This document shows, one piece after another, positions 1 to 11,092 of a DNA stretch of 64,000 nucleotides; positions within the stretch are counted from its first letter, which is position 1, and every line of letters begins with the position of its first letter. Source of the stretch: Alphaproteobacteria bacterium (GTDB lineage Bacteria > Pseudomonadota > Alphaproteobacteria > JAAXGF01); the NCBI GenBank assembly GCA_963555825.3, contig CAUVXB020000002.1, forward strand, positions 1,056,001 through 1,120,000, given 5' to 3'. The notes beneath the pieces are model-generated. The model was not told where the DNA came from. It saw nothing but the letters and a program-made list of their open reading frames with translations, and made no database searches. Position numbers and translations under genes: made by a program.

Positions 1-761
1 TTGCGCCCGTAGTCGAGCACGATGACCCGGTCGGAGATGTCCATCACGACGCCCATGTCATGCTCGATCAGCGCGATCGTCGTGCCGAACTCGTCGTTGA
101 CGTCGAGCACGAAGCGGCACATGTCCTCCTTCTCCTCGACGTTCATGCCGGCCATCGGCTCGTCCAACAGCAACAGATCAGGCTCGGCGGCGAGCGCCCG
201 GCCGAGCTCGACGCGCTTTTGCAGGCCGTAGGGCAGACGGCCGACCGGCGTCTTGCGGATCGCCTGGATCTCGAGGAAGTCGATGATGCGCTCGGCGAAG
301 GCGCGGTGCTCGAGCTCCTCGCGTTTCGCCGGGCCGACGTAGAGCGCCTGCCACAACAGGTTGCGCTTCATCTTCAACAGCCGCCCGGTCATGATGTTGT
401 CGAGCGTCGACATGCCCCGGAACAGCGCGATGTTCTGGAAGGTCCGCGCGATGCCCTGGGCCGCGGCGTCGTGCGGGCGCATCTGCTGGCGCGTCTTCCC
501 CTTGTACGTGATCTGGCCGTGCTGCGGGTGATAGAAGCCGTTGATGACGTTGAGCATCGAGCTCTTGCCGGCGCCGTTGGGGCCGATGATCGCCAGGATC
601 TCGTGCTCGCGGATTTCGAAGCTGACATCGACGAGCGCGGTGACGCCGCCGAACGACAGGCTGATGTTCTCGACCTCGAGAATCGAATCGCCGATCGATT
701 TTGACGCCTCGGCCGGCGCGTCGATCGCCGTCGCCGCCACTGCTTCCTGGGCCGTCGTCAC
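1..761 (-). CDS. Branched-chain amino acid-type ABC transporter ATP-binding protein (LivG-like), runs off the window start
   Basis: Manual translation: ILEVENISLSFGGV..., Walker A GPNGAGKS, ARTFQNIALF, LLLDEPMAGM, LIEHDM. Probable GTG start at 761. Confidence 0.85.
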   Translation of the reverse strand, partial: MTTAQEAVAATAIDAPAEASKSIGDSILEVENISLSFGGVTALVDVSFEIREHEILAIIGPNGAGKSSMLNVINGFYHPQHGQITYKGKTRQQMRPHDAAAQGIARTFQNIALFRGMSTLDNIMTGRLLKMKRNLLWQALYVGPAKREELEHRAFAERIIDFLEIQAIRKTPVGRLPYGLQKRVELGRALAAEPDLLLLDEPMAGMNVEEKEDMCRFVLDVNDEFGTTIALIEHDMGVVMDISDRVIVLDYGR

Positions 762-766
762 GCCGA

Positions 767-2740
767 TCAGCTCGCCATCTTGAGCGCCGCGGGGGCGGCG
801 TCGAGCGAACGGATCTCGATCTCCGCGCTGGCGGTGCCCTTGCGGCCGTCCTCGTAGGTCACCTCGACCTCGATCGCGGCTCGGCTCGCGTCCGAATACA
901 GCGCGTCGATCAACGCCCGGTATTTCTCGCCGACATGGCTGCGGCGCACCTTGCGCGTTCGCGTCAACTCGCCGTCATCGGCGTCGAGCTCCTTGTGCAG
1001 GATCAGGAAGCGTCTGATTTGCGAGCCCGCGAGATGCGGGTCGTCGGCGAGTTCACGGTTGACCTGCGCAATCTCGTCGGCGATCAACCCGTAGACCTGC
1101 TCGTGGGCGGCCAGCTCCCGATAGCCGCCATAGGCGATGCCGCGCCGCTCGGCCCAGTTGCCGACCGCCTCGAGGTCGATGTTGATGAACGCCGCGGCGA
1201 AGCCGCGCTGGTTGCCGAAGGCTACTGCCTCCTTGATGTGCTGGAAGAATTTAAGTTTGTTTTCCAGGTACTTGGGTGCGAACATCGTGCCGTCGGCGAG
1301 CTTGCCGACGTCCTTCGCCCGGTCGATGATCTTGAGGTGGCCGTCGTCGTCGAAGAAGCCGGCGTCGCCGGTGCGCACCCAACCATCGGGCGTCTTGGTC
1401 TTGGCCGTCGCCTCGGGGTTCTTGTAGTACTCGACGAACACACCCGGGCTGCGGTAGAGCACCTCGCCGCCGTCGCTGATCTTGATCTCGACACCGTCGG
1501 CCGGCGGGCCGACCGTGTCGGGCTTGATCTCGCCATCGGGTTGCATGGTGACGAACACGCTCGCCTCGGTCTGGCCATAGAGCTGCTTCAGGTTCATGCC
1601 GAGCGCGCGGTAGAAATCGAAGATGTCGGGCCCGATCGCCTCGCCCGCGGTATAGGCCAGGCGAATGCGGCTGAAGCCCAACGTGTTCGTGAGCGGCCCG
1701 AAGACCAGCACGCGGCCGATTGCATAGAACAGCCGGTCGACAAGCGGGACCGGCCGGCGATCGACGATGTCACCGCCGACGCGGCGCCCCAACGCCATGA
1801 AATAGTCGAACAGGCGCCGCTTGATCCAGGCCGCGTCTTCCATGCGGATCATCACCTGGGTCAGGATGTTCTCGAAGATGCTCGGCGGCGCGAAGAAGAA
1901 GCTCGGGCCGATCTCGCGGATGTCGTGCAACACGGTGGCCGCGCTTTCCGGGCAATTGACGCAGAACCCGGTGACGTAGGACTGGCCGAGCGAGAACACG
2001 TTGTCGCCGACCCAGGCCATCGGCAGATAGGCGAGGATATCGTCGTCGACGGTCAGCCGGTCGGCGTTCGCTGCGTTGCGCGCGCTGATGATGACGTTGT
2101 CGAAGCTCAACACCACGCCCTTTGGCTGGCCGGTGGTGCCCGAGGTGTAAAGGATGATCGAGGTGTTCGCGCCGCTGCCCTCGGCGACCGCGGCGTCGAA
2201 GAAGCCGGGGTTGTCGCGGTCGAAATCGCGGCCACGCGCCTGGATCTCGTCGAACGCGTGGAGATCGGGCTCGGCATAATTGCGCATGCCGCGCGGGTCG
2301 TCGTAGATCAACGTCTCGAGCTTGGGACAGTCGGCCTTGATCTCGACGAGCTTGTCGATCTGCTCCTGGTCCTCGCCGACGGCGAAGCGCGCCTCGGAAT
2401 GGTTCATGACGAACTTCAGCTCGTCGGCGACCGCGTCCTGGTACATCGGCACCGGCACCGCGCCGATCACCTGAGCCGCGACCATCGACCAGTAGAGCTG
2501 CGGCCGGTTGTCGCCGATGATCGCCATCTTGTCTTCGCGCTTGAGGCCGAGCGCCGCGAAACCGCAGGCCAGCGCGCGCACCTCGTCGGCGACCTGAGCC
2601 CAGGTCCAGGTCTGCCAGATGCCATAGTCCTTCTCGCGAATCGCGGGGCGCGACGCCCATTTTCGGGCGTTCTCGACGAGCAACTTTGGGAAAGTGTCGA
2701 CGCGCGTCTGATCGGCCTCGGACGAGGTCATCCCGGCCAC
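767..2740 (-). CDS. Long-chain acyl-CoA synthetase (AMP-binding)
   Basis: YTSGTTGQPKG and YGQTE motifs, RTGDAG. Confidence 0.9.
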   Translation of the reverse strand: MAGMTSSEADQTRVDTFPKLLVENARKWASRPAIREKDYGIWQTWTWAQVADEVRALACGFAALGLKREDKMAIIGDNRPQLYWSMVAAQVIGAVPVPMYQDAVADELKFVMNHSEARFAVGEDQEQIDKLVEIKADCPKLETLIYDDPRGMRNYAEPDLHAFDEIQARGRDFDRDNPGFFDAAVAEGSGANTSIILYTSGTTGQPKGVVLSFDNVIISARNAANADRLTVDDDILAYLPMAWVGDNVFSLGQSYVTGFCVNCPESAATVLHDIREIGPSFFFAPPSIFENILTQVMIRMEDAAWIKRRLFDYFMALGRRVGGDIVDRRPVPLVDRLFYAIGRVLVFGPLTNTLGFSRIRLAYTAGEAIGPDIFDFYRALGMNLKQLYGQTEASVFVTMQPDGEIKPDTVGPPADGVEIKISDGGEVLYRSPGVFVEYYKNPEATAKTKTPDGWVRTGDAGFFDDDGHLKIIDRAKDVGKLADGTMFAPKYLENKLKFFQHIKEAVAFGNQRGFAAAFINIDLEAVGNWAERRGIAYGGYRELAAHEQVYGLIADEIAQVNRELADDPHLAGSQIRRFLILHKELDADDGELTRTRKVRRSHVGEKYRALIDALYSDASRAAIEVEVTYEDGRKGTASAEIEIRSLDAAPAALKMAS

Positions 2741-2895
2741 CTGTATCCGGCGTCTCTCACGTCTTGTTCTCCCTGGCTTTCGAAGCCTCGCCGGGGTGCC
2801 CGTGGCTCCCGATCTGGTTGGCAGCGTAAGCCTCTTTCATCTTCCCGTCCATGTCCAGCGCCTTGACGCCGCGCGCATCGCCGCCCGGGCGGTCT

Positions 2896-4251
2896 TCAGG
2901 GCGTCGATACGAGCCCTTCCGGAGTGCCGACGACGACGACCTGCAGGGCCTCGGGGTCGAGCAGCCGGGCGGCGACGCGGTTGGCGTCGGCGAGCGTCAC
3001 CGCCTCGATATAGCCATTGCGCCGATCGATGTAGTCGATGCCGAGGTCGTTGAGCTGAATGCCGATCAGTAAGTTCGCAATCTTGCCGTTCGAATCGAGT
3101 CGCAGGGCAAACGAGCCGGTCAGGTAGGTCTTGGCGTCGGCGAGTTCATCCGCCGTCATCCCATCATCGCGCATGCGCGCGAACTCGGCGCGGATGACCT
3201 CGAGCGATTCGGCGACCCGCGCATTCTCGGTCGCCACCCCGCCGAAATAGAGAGCGGCGTAGTCGAGCGGCGACAGATAGCTATAGACGCCGTAGGCGAG
3301 GCCGCGCTTCTGACGCACCTCCTGGGTCAGCCGCGAGGTGAAGCCGCCGCCGCCCAGCGCGTAGTTCATCACATAGGCCGCGTAGAACTCCGGGTCGTCG
3401 CGGTCCAGCCCCCGGTGGCCGAAGACGACGACGCTTTGCGGAATGTCGCGGTCGACGACGATCAGACGACCCGGCGCGGCGGGCGCGGTCTTGGCGGCCG
3501 TCAACGGCGCCCCCGTCGCCGGCAGGCCGCCCAACGTCTCGTCGAGCAGCGCGGCGAGCCGGTCCGGCGCGATGTCGCCGACGACGGCGACGACCATGCG
3601 GTCGCGCGCCAGCTGCCCGGCAACGAAGCCGCGGAGATCGGCAACGGTCAGCGCCGCCACACTTTCTTGCGTACCGTCGACCGGGCGGCCATACGAATGG
3701 TCCGGGAAAGCGGCGTCGAACCAGGCGCGGCGCGCGATGCGGTCGGGATCGTCGGCGAGACGCTTCAGCCGCACCTGAAGCTGGCGACGGATGCGTTCGA
3801 CCGGCTCCTCGTCGAAGCGCGCCTCGGTCATCGCCAGGCGCAGCATCTCGAAGGCGGCGTCGGTGTTGGCGGTGAGCGTCTTCAGGCTGGCTTTGAAGGT
3901 GTCGAGCCCAGTGCTGAAGCCGAGGTGGATGGCGAGGTCCTCGAGGCGACTCTGGAAGGCGCGCGAATCATAGTCGCCCGCGCCCTCGTCCAAGAGCGCC
4001 GAGACCATGTTGGCGCGCCCCTCCTTGCCGGCCGGATCGAGCGTCGCGCCGCCACGGAAGGCGATGTTGACCGACAGAATCGGTATCGCGTGCGCTTCGA
4101 CCAGCCAAGCCTCGATGCCGCCCGGGCTGATCACGCGCGTCACCTCGGTCGCCTTGGCCGGCGCCGTCAGTACGACGGCCGCCAGCATCAAGACGAGCAC
4201 CGCGCGCGCCGCAGCCCGGATCGGAGTGTATCGTTCCGTCGCCATCGCCAC
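2896..4251 (-). CDS. M16 family peptidase, non-catalytic subunit
   Basis: Insulinase-like sequence (LGGGGFTSRL...RGLAY), no HxxEH, signal peptide, paired with the next gene. Confidence 0.85.
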   Translation of the reverse strand: MAMATERYTPIRAAARAVLVLMLAAVVLTAPAKATEVTRVISPGGIEAWLVEAHAIPILSVNIAFRGGATLDPAGKEGRANMVSALLDEGAGDYDSRAFQSRLEDLAIHLGFSTGLDTFKASLKTLTANTDAAFEMLRLAMTEARFDEEPVERIRRQLQVRLKRLADDPDRIARRAWFDAAFPDHSYGRPVDGTQESVAALTVADLRGFVAGQLARDRMVVAVVGDIAPDRLAALLDETLGGLPATGAPLTAAKTAPAAPGRLIVVDRDIPQSVVVFGHRGLDRDDPEFYAAYVMNYALGGGGFTSRLTQEVRQKRGLAYGVYSYLSPLDYAALYFGGVATENARVAESLEVIRAEFARMRDDGMTADELADAKTYLTGSFALRLDSNGKIANLLIGIQLNDLGIDYIDRRNGYIEAVTLADANRVAARLLDPEALQVVVVGTPEGLVSTP

Positions 4252-4261
4252 GCTCCGTCGC

Positions 4262-5605
4262 TCAGCCGGTTTCTTCGGGCAGCAGGACGCCGGTCACCGA
4301 GCCCTCGGGCCGCAGCACGGCGCGCGCCGCCTGATTGATCTGCTCGACGGTGACCGCCTCGATGCGATCGGGCCAGGCTTCGATCTCGGCGACCGAAACG
4401 CCCGAGGTCCGCGCCGCGCCGAAAACGCGCGCCGCGGCATACAGGCTGTCCCGCGCGTAGGTCGTCTCGGCGATCAGGCGTTGCTTGATGCGCGCGATCT
4501 CGTCCGCGCCGACGCCGTCGTCGAGCAGGCGCGCGATTTCCTCGTCGATTGCCGCTTCCAACTCGGTGATCTCGACGCCCGGCGACGGCGTCGCGTAGAC
4601 GACGAAGCGCGTCAGGTCGAGCGACACGTCGTCGTACCAGGCGCCGGCCGATGCCGCGAGCTTGCGCTCGACGACCAGTGCGCGATAGAGCCGGCTGGTC
4701 GCGCCGCCGCCCAACACCTCGGCCAGCACCTGCAAGGGATAGGCGTGTTCGGTCGCGCCGGCGGTCAGGCTGGGCGCGATATAGCTGCGGCTCAGCGACG
4801 GCTGGCTGACGCGACCGTCGCGCAGCACGACGCGCCGGGCGGCGCGCTGCGGCGGCTCCTGCGGGCGCAGCCTGGGCGCGATATCTTGCGCCGGGATCAC
4901 GCCATAGTGCTTCTCGGCGAGCGGCTTCAGCTCGGCCATGGTGATGTCGCCACTGACCACCAGGACGGCGTTGCTGGGCGCATAATGGCGCCGATAGAAG
5001 GCGAGCGCGTCCTCGGTCGTCAGCGCGCGCATCTCGTGCTCCCAGCCGATGATCGGCACGCCATAGGGATGCGCCAGATACTGCGCCGCGGCGATCTGCT
5101 CGCCCAACAGCGCGCCGGGTTCGTTGTCGACACGCGAGCGCCGCTCCTCGATGATCACGTCGCGCTCGGGCAACACCACCTCGTCGCGCAGCACCAGGTT
5201 GGTCATGCGGTCGGCCTCGAGCGCCATGACCAGCCCGAGCCGCTCCTTGGCGACCTTCTGGTAGTAGCCGGTGTAGTCTTGGCTGGTGAAGGCGTTTTCG
5301 TTGCCGCCGTGGCGCGCGACCAGGCGCGAGAATTCGCCGTCGGGATAGCTTGGCGTGCCCTTGAACATGAGATGCTCGAGGAAATGCGCGATGCCCGACT
5401 TGCCGACCGGATCGTCGGCCGCGCCGACGCGGTACCACACCATGTGCACCACGACCGGCGCGCGATGGTTCGGCACGACCACGACCTCCATGCCGTTCTC
5501 GAGCGTGAAGGTCTCGGGATTGAAGACCGCGGCGCGCGCGCCGGGCGCTGCCAGCAGGATCAGCACGAGCGCGGCGAACAACCTGCGGAACGCAGGAGAT
5601 GTCAT
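4262..5605 (-). CDS. M16 family zinc peptidase, catalytic subunit
   Basis: HFLEH motif, NAFTSQDYT, signal peptide. Confidence 0.9.
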   Translation of the reverse strand: MTSPAFRRLFAALVLILLAAPGARAAVFNPETFTLENGMEVVVVPNHRAPVVVHMVWYRVGAADDPVGKSGIAHFLEHLMFKGTPSYPDGEFSRLVARHGGNENAFTSQDYTGYYQKVAKERLGLVMALEADRMTNLVLRDEVVLPERDVIIEERRSRVDNEPGALLGEQIAAAQYLAHPYGVPIIGWEHEMRALTTEDALAFYRRHYAPSNAVLVVSGDITMAELKPLAEKHYGVIPAQDIAPRLRPQEPPQRAARRVVLRDGRVSQPSLSRSYIAPSLTAGATEHAYPLQVLAEVLGGGATSRLYRALVVERKLAASAGAWYDDVSLDLTRFVVYATPSPGVEITELEAAIDEEIARLLDDGVGADEIARIKQRLIAETTYARDSLYAAARVFGAARTSGVSVAEIEAWPDRIEAVTVEQINQAARAVLRPEGSVTGVLLPEETG

Positions 5606-5681
5606 CGTGTCTCCTCTACGGCTGCCTGGGTGGTGCGGACCGGTGAACCTAGCGTCATACCGTCGCCACGCGGCATCACAT

Positions 5682-6263
5682 CTAGTTGAACACCCCTTCG
5701 AGGATGCCCTTTTGGCGGCGCTCGATGACCGCCGTTTCGCCCTCGGTCGGATCGTCGCCGAGCGCGGTCGCCTCCTCGAGTCGCTGGGATTCCTTGGTCG
5801 GGTCGACGATCAAGCCGGGCCCCTCCTTGTCGCGCCAGAACATCAGATTGTCGACGAAGGTATCGTCGTCCTCGGCGTAGATCGCGCTTTCCTCGTTGAT
5901 GATCCGACGGATGCTCGGATCGGCGTTGGCGCCGCCGGCGCGGCCGAGCAGCGCCTGTTCGCCGGCCGAGGCGTCGGCGGCCGATAGCGACGGCCCGCCG
6001 GCGCCGAGCAGCGCCGCCTTGGCGATGTCCTGCACGCGTGTTTCCTGCGGGCGTAGCGCGCCCGGTTGGGGCGGCCTCAGCCCGTAGTCGGGCGGCAGGG
6101 TCAGTGGCGCGCGCGCGACGACCGAAAATTCGTCGGGCGCGTATTTGCCCCGGCCCGTTATCTGATCGCTGATTCCCGAGCAACCGGCGACGACCAGGCT
6201 CAGGGCCACGAGCCCCGTTCCGGTCGACACGCGCGACCAGCGGCCATTCTTACGTGAAGTCAT
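5682..6263 (-). CDS. DUF3035-like lipoprotein
   Basis: Lipobox VAGC, PDEFSVVARAPLTLPPDYGLRPP, usual position next to lspA. Confidence 0.75.
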   Translation of the reverse strand: MTSRKNGRWSRVSTGTGLVALSLVVAGCSGISDQITGRGKYAPDEFSVVARAPLTLPPDYGLRPPQPGALRPQETRVQDIAKAALLGAGGPSLSAADASAGEQALLGRAGGANADPSIRRIINEESAIYAEDDDTFVDNLMFWRDKEGPGLIVDPTKESQRLEEATALGDDPTEGETAVIERRQKGILEGVFN

Positions 6264-6269
6264 AGCCTA

Positions 6270-6737
6270 CTATTTAGGCTCTCCACGCCGATTGAGCAAG
6301 CTGTCGATGAGCATCACGGCGACGCCAACCGTTATCGCCGCGTCGGCGACATTGAAGGCGGGCCAGTGATAGCCGCCGGCGTGCAGGTCGACGAAGTCGG
6401 CGACGGCGCCGAGACGCAGCCGATCGACGATGTTGCCCAGCGCGCCGCCGATGATCAGGCCGATCGAGGCGGCGAGCAGCCGTTGCGCGACGCGGGCGAG
6501 CCAGATGACCAGGCCGATGACGACCATTCCGGCGATGCCGGCCATCAAATACGGCGCCAGGTCGGCGTCGCCCAACAGGCCGAAACTGACGCCCCGGTTC
6601 CATACCATGACGAGATTGAAGAATGGCAACACCTCGACGAAGCCGGGCGGTTCGGCGAGCCAGCCGATGATCCACCATTTGACCAGCTGGTCGATCACCG
6701 CGACCGATGCGGCGATCGCCAGGCCAACGCGCAACAT
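6270..6737 (-). CDS. lspA: Lipoprotein signal peptidase II
   Basis: NRGVSFG, GGALGNIVDR, FNVAD. Confidence 0.95.
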   Translation of the reverse strand: MLRVGLAIAASVAVIDQLVKWWIIGWLAEPPGFVEVLPFFNLVMVWNRGVSFGLLGDADLAPYLMAGIAGMVVIGLVIWLARVAQRLLAASIGLIIGGALGNIVDRLRLGAVADFVDLHAGGYHWPAFNVADAAITVGVAVMLIDSLLNRRGEPK

Positions 6738-6743
6738 GGCGGG

Positions 6744-9560
6744 CTATGCCGCGGCCGGCGCGTCGGCGACGACGGTGGCGCAGCGCCGGCACAGCTCATC
6801 GTGACCGGGCACGCGACCGACTTCGGCCAGCACCTGCCAGCAGCGCGCGCATTTCCCGCCCTCGGCGAGACCGACGGTGACCCGCACGCCCGGCACGTCG
6901 TCGTCCGAGAAGGCGCCTTCGAGCGCCGCGTCGCCGACGAAGCTGGCGCCCGAGGTGATGAAGATCTCCGGCAGATCGAGGCCGTCGAGCACGCCGGCGT
7001 ATTCGCTGTTGGCGGCGACGGTGGTAGTCGCCTGCAGGCTCGAGCCGATGCGCTTCTCGCGGCGTTCGACCTCGAGCGCGCCGGTCACCGCGCGGCGCAG
7101 GCGGCGCACCTTGGCCCATTTCTCGGCCAGCGCGTCGTCGCGCCACGCCGCCGGCACCTCGGGGAATAGCTGGAAATGCACGCCGTCTTCGTCGTCCGGG
7201 TAGCGCGTCCGCCAGGCCTCCTCGGCGGTGAAGCAGAGGATCGGCGCGAGCCAGGTGGCGAGGCAGGAAAACAGCGTATCGAGCACGCTGCACGCCGCGC
7301 GGCGCCGCGTCGAGCCGATCGCGTCGCAATAGAGCGCATCCTTGCGGATGTCGAAGTAGAAGGCCGAGAGCTCGGTGGCGCAGAAATTGTGCAGCCGGCT
7401 GAACAGCACGCTGTAATCGTAGTCTTCGCAGGCTTGGCGGACCAGCGCGTCGAGCTTGCTCAGGCGATGCAGTACCCAGCGTTCCAGCTCGGGCATCTCG
7501 GCCGCGTCGAGCCGCTCGGTCTCGTCGAAGCCAGTGAGATTGCCTAGGATGAAGCGCAGCGTGTTGCGCAGCCGGCGGTAGCTGTCGACCTGATAGCGCA
7601 GGATCTCATCGGAGATGCGGACATCCTCGGTGTAGTCCGCGCTGACCGTCCAGATGCGCAGGATGTCGGCGCCGTACTGGTCCATGACGGTCTGCGGCGC
7701 GACCACGTTGCCCAACGACTTCGACATCTTGCGGCCCTCGCCATCGAGCACGAAGCCGTGGGTCAGCACCGTGTCGTAGGGCGCCCGTCCGCGCGTGCCG
7801 CATGATTCCACGAGTGAGGAATGGAACCAGCCACGGTGCTGGTCGGTGCCCTCGAGATAGATCGACGCCGGCCAGACGAGGTCGTCGCGGCTCTCGAGCA
7901 CGAAGCTGTGGGTCGAGCCCGATTCGAACCAGACGTCGACGATGTCGTCGACCTTATGGTAATCGGCGGCGTCGTAGGCATCGCCCAGGAAGTCCTGGGG
8001 GTCGGCGGTGAACCAGACGTCGGCGCCGGCTTCCTCGACCGCTGCGGCGATGCGGTCGAGCACCGCCTGATCGCGCAGCAGCTCGCCTGACGCCTTGTTG
8101 ACGAAGACCGCGATCGGCACGCCCCAGGCGCGCTGGCGAGAGATCACCCAGTCGGGCTTATCGGCGATCATCGCCGTGATCCGGTTGCGTCCGGCACCCG
8201 GCACCCAGCGCACCCGTTCGATCGCGGCGAGCGCGACGGCGCGCAGATCGTTGGTGCTCATCGAGATGAACCACTGCGGCGTGTTGCGGAAGATCAGCGG
8301 CGCCTTGGAGCGCCAGGAATGCGGGTAGCTGTGGGTCAGCTTGCCGCGCGCGAGCAGCGCGCCGGCCGCCGCCAGCGCCTCGGCGACATCCGCGTCGACC
8401 TTGAACACATGGTGGCCGGCGAACAGCGGCACCGCGTCGACGAAGACGCCGTCGCCGTCGACCGTTTCGGGCACCTCTAGGCCGTGCTTGACGCCAGCAT
8501 CGAAGTCCTCGGCGCCATGGCCCGGCGCGATATGCACCAGCCCGGTGCCCTGCTCGAGCGTGACATGCGGCGCGGCCAACAGCGGCACGTCGAAGTCGTA
8601 GCCCTGGCCGCGCAGCGGGTGCGCACAGACCGTGCCGGTGAGCGCCGCGCCGGTCAGCTTCGCGACCACCTTGTGGGCCGTGATGCCGGCCCGCGCGCAA
8701 ACCGCGGCGCACAACGCCTCGCACAACAGGAGCCGCTCGCCGATCACCGCGGCGCTGCCTTCGGCGATCGCCTCGACCTCGACGACGCAGTAATCGAACG
8801 CGTCGCCGTAGGCGATGCCGCGGTTGCCCGGGATGGTCCAGGGCGTCGTCGTCCAGATCACCGCGCTGGCGCCCGCGAGCGCCGCCTCGTCCGTCGCGAC
8901 CACGGGGAAGCGCACGTCGATCGTCGTCGAGGTATGGTCGTGGTATTCGACCTCGGCCTCGGCCAGCGCGGTCTTCTCGACGACCGACCAGAGTACCGGC
9001 TTGGCGCCCTTATAGAGGCCGCCGTTCATGACGAACTTGCCGATCTCGCGGATGATCTGCGCTTCGGCCGGGAACGCCATGGTGGTGTATGGGTTGGCCC
9101 AGTCGCCGACGACGCCGAGGCGCTGAAATTCGGCCGACTGGACGTCGACCCAGTGCTCGGCGAACGCGCGGCATTCCTGGCGAAACTGGACGATCGGCAC
9201 GGCATCCTTGTCGCGCTTGTCCTTGCGGTATTTCTGCTCGACCATCCACTCGATCGGCAGGCCGTGGCAATCCCAGCCGGGCACGTAGTTGGAATCGAAG
9301 CCGAGCATCTGCCGCGAGCGCACGACGACGTCCTTGAGGATCTTGTTCATCGCCGTGCCGATGTGGATGTTGCCGTTGGCGTAGGGCGGGCCGTCGTGCA
9401 GGATGAATTTCTCGCGGCCCGCCGACGCGGCGCGCAGCCGGCGGTAGACGTCGCGCTCGGCCCAGCGCGCCAGCATCTCGGGCTCGCGCTTGGGCAGCTG
9501 CGCCTTCATCGGAAAATCGGTGTTGGGCAGCAACACGGTAGACCGGTAGTCGGTGGCCAT
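6744..9560 (-). CDS. ileS: Isoleucine--tRNA ligase
   Basis: PYANGNIHIGT (HIGH-like), KMSKS, C-terminal CARC zinc motif. Start taken at ATG 9560. Confidence 0.97.
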   Translation of the reverse strand: MATDYRSTVLLPNTDFPMKAQLPKREPEMLARWAERDVYRRLRAASAGREKFILHDGPPYANGNIHIGTAMNKILKDVVVRSRQMLGFDSNYVPGWDCHGLPIEWMVEQKYRKDKRDKDAVPIVQFRQECRAFAEHWVDVQSAEFQRLGVVGDWANPYTTMAFPAEAQIIREIGKFVMNGGLYKGAKPVLWSVVEKTALAEAEVEYHDHTSTTIDVRFPVVATDEAALAGASAVIWTTTPWTIPGNRGIAYGDAFDYCVVEVEAIAEGSAAVIGERLLLCEALCAAVCARAGITAHKVVAKLTGAALTGTVCAHPLRGQGYDFDVPLLAAPHVTLEQGTGLVHIAPGHGAEDFDAGVKHGLEVPETVDGDGVFVDAVPLFAGHHVFKVDADVAEALAAAGALLARGKLTHSYPHSWRSKAPLIFRNTPQWFISMSTNDLRAVALAAIERVRWVPGAGRNRITAMIADKPDWVISRQRAWGVPIAVFVNKASGELLRDQAVLDRIAAAVEEAGADVWFTADPQDFLGDAYDAADYHKVDDIVDVWFESGSTHSFVLESRDDLVWPASIYLEGTDQHRGWFHSSLVESCGTRGRAPYDTVLTHGFVLDGEGRKMSKSLGNVVAPQTVMDQYGADILRIWTVSADYTEDVRISDEILRYQVDSYRRLRNTLRFILGNLTGFDETERLDAAEMPELERWVLHRLSKLDALVRQACEDYDYSVLFSRLHNFCATELSAFYFDIRKDALYCDAIGSTRRRAACSVLDTLFSCLATWLAPILCFTAEEAWRTRYPDDEDGVHFQLFPEVPAAWRDDALAEKWAKVRRLRRAVTGALEVERREKRIGSSLQATTTVAANSEYAGVLDGLDLPEIFITSGASFVGDAALEGAFSDDDVPGVRVTVGLAEGGKCARCWQVLAEVGRVPGHDELCRRCATVVADAPAAA

Positions 9561-9592
9561 CGTCGGTACTTTCAGGCTGGTCGCGGCGTTTA

Positions 9593-9854
9593 TACCAGGG
9601 AGCCGTGATAAAGGCCCATAGAGATCGCGTCCGCTTTTCGCCGGTGAGGCAAGGAAGCCGCGGGCGATGCAGCGCATCGGCTAGGCTTCCTGACGCCCGC
9701 CGGCGATAAGCGGCCGCGACCGGGACGGCGGCTTGCCGAGGCTCTCGGACGTCGTTGCGCCCGTCTTGCGATGCGCTGCATCGCCGCGACGGGCGCGCCT
9801 AGCCGAGAACCACGGCAAGCCGTCTCTAGGGGTCTTTATCACTGCTCCATGGTA
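9593..9854. mobile_element. 262-bp MITE with IS630-like ends and TTA flanks
   Basis: Imperfect TIR taccagggagccgtgataaaggccc / gggtctttatcactgctccatggta; TTA at 9590-9592 and 9855-9857; internal 16-bp inverted repeat. Confidence 0.7.
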
Positions 9855-10850
<996 letters not shown>

Positions 10851-11092
10851 ACGCGCGTTTACCGCAAATGGCCGGCGAACTCAACCAAGCGCCGTGCCGG
10901 ATAGTGTTTCCGTTTGAAACTTGACCTGGCCTGAAAGCACGAAGCGCACCCGCATGTCGGCTAATCGTCCGCAAGCGGTCATCGTTCTGGTGCGGCCGTT
11001 GAGTCCGGGTATAATGGGGTGGACGGCCCCACACGGCATCTAGGTGCCAGAAGTGGTAGCTGTTGGCTGATCACGTACAAAGGAGCCGTCCT

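Noticed and set aside
701-9608. Long antisense or alternative-frame ORFs (e.g. 701-2866, 4007-5689)
   Set aside because: These are shadow ORFs of high-GC coding genes with no recognisable motifs.
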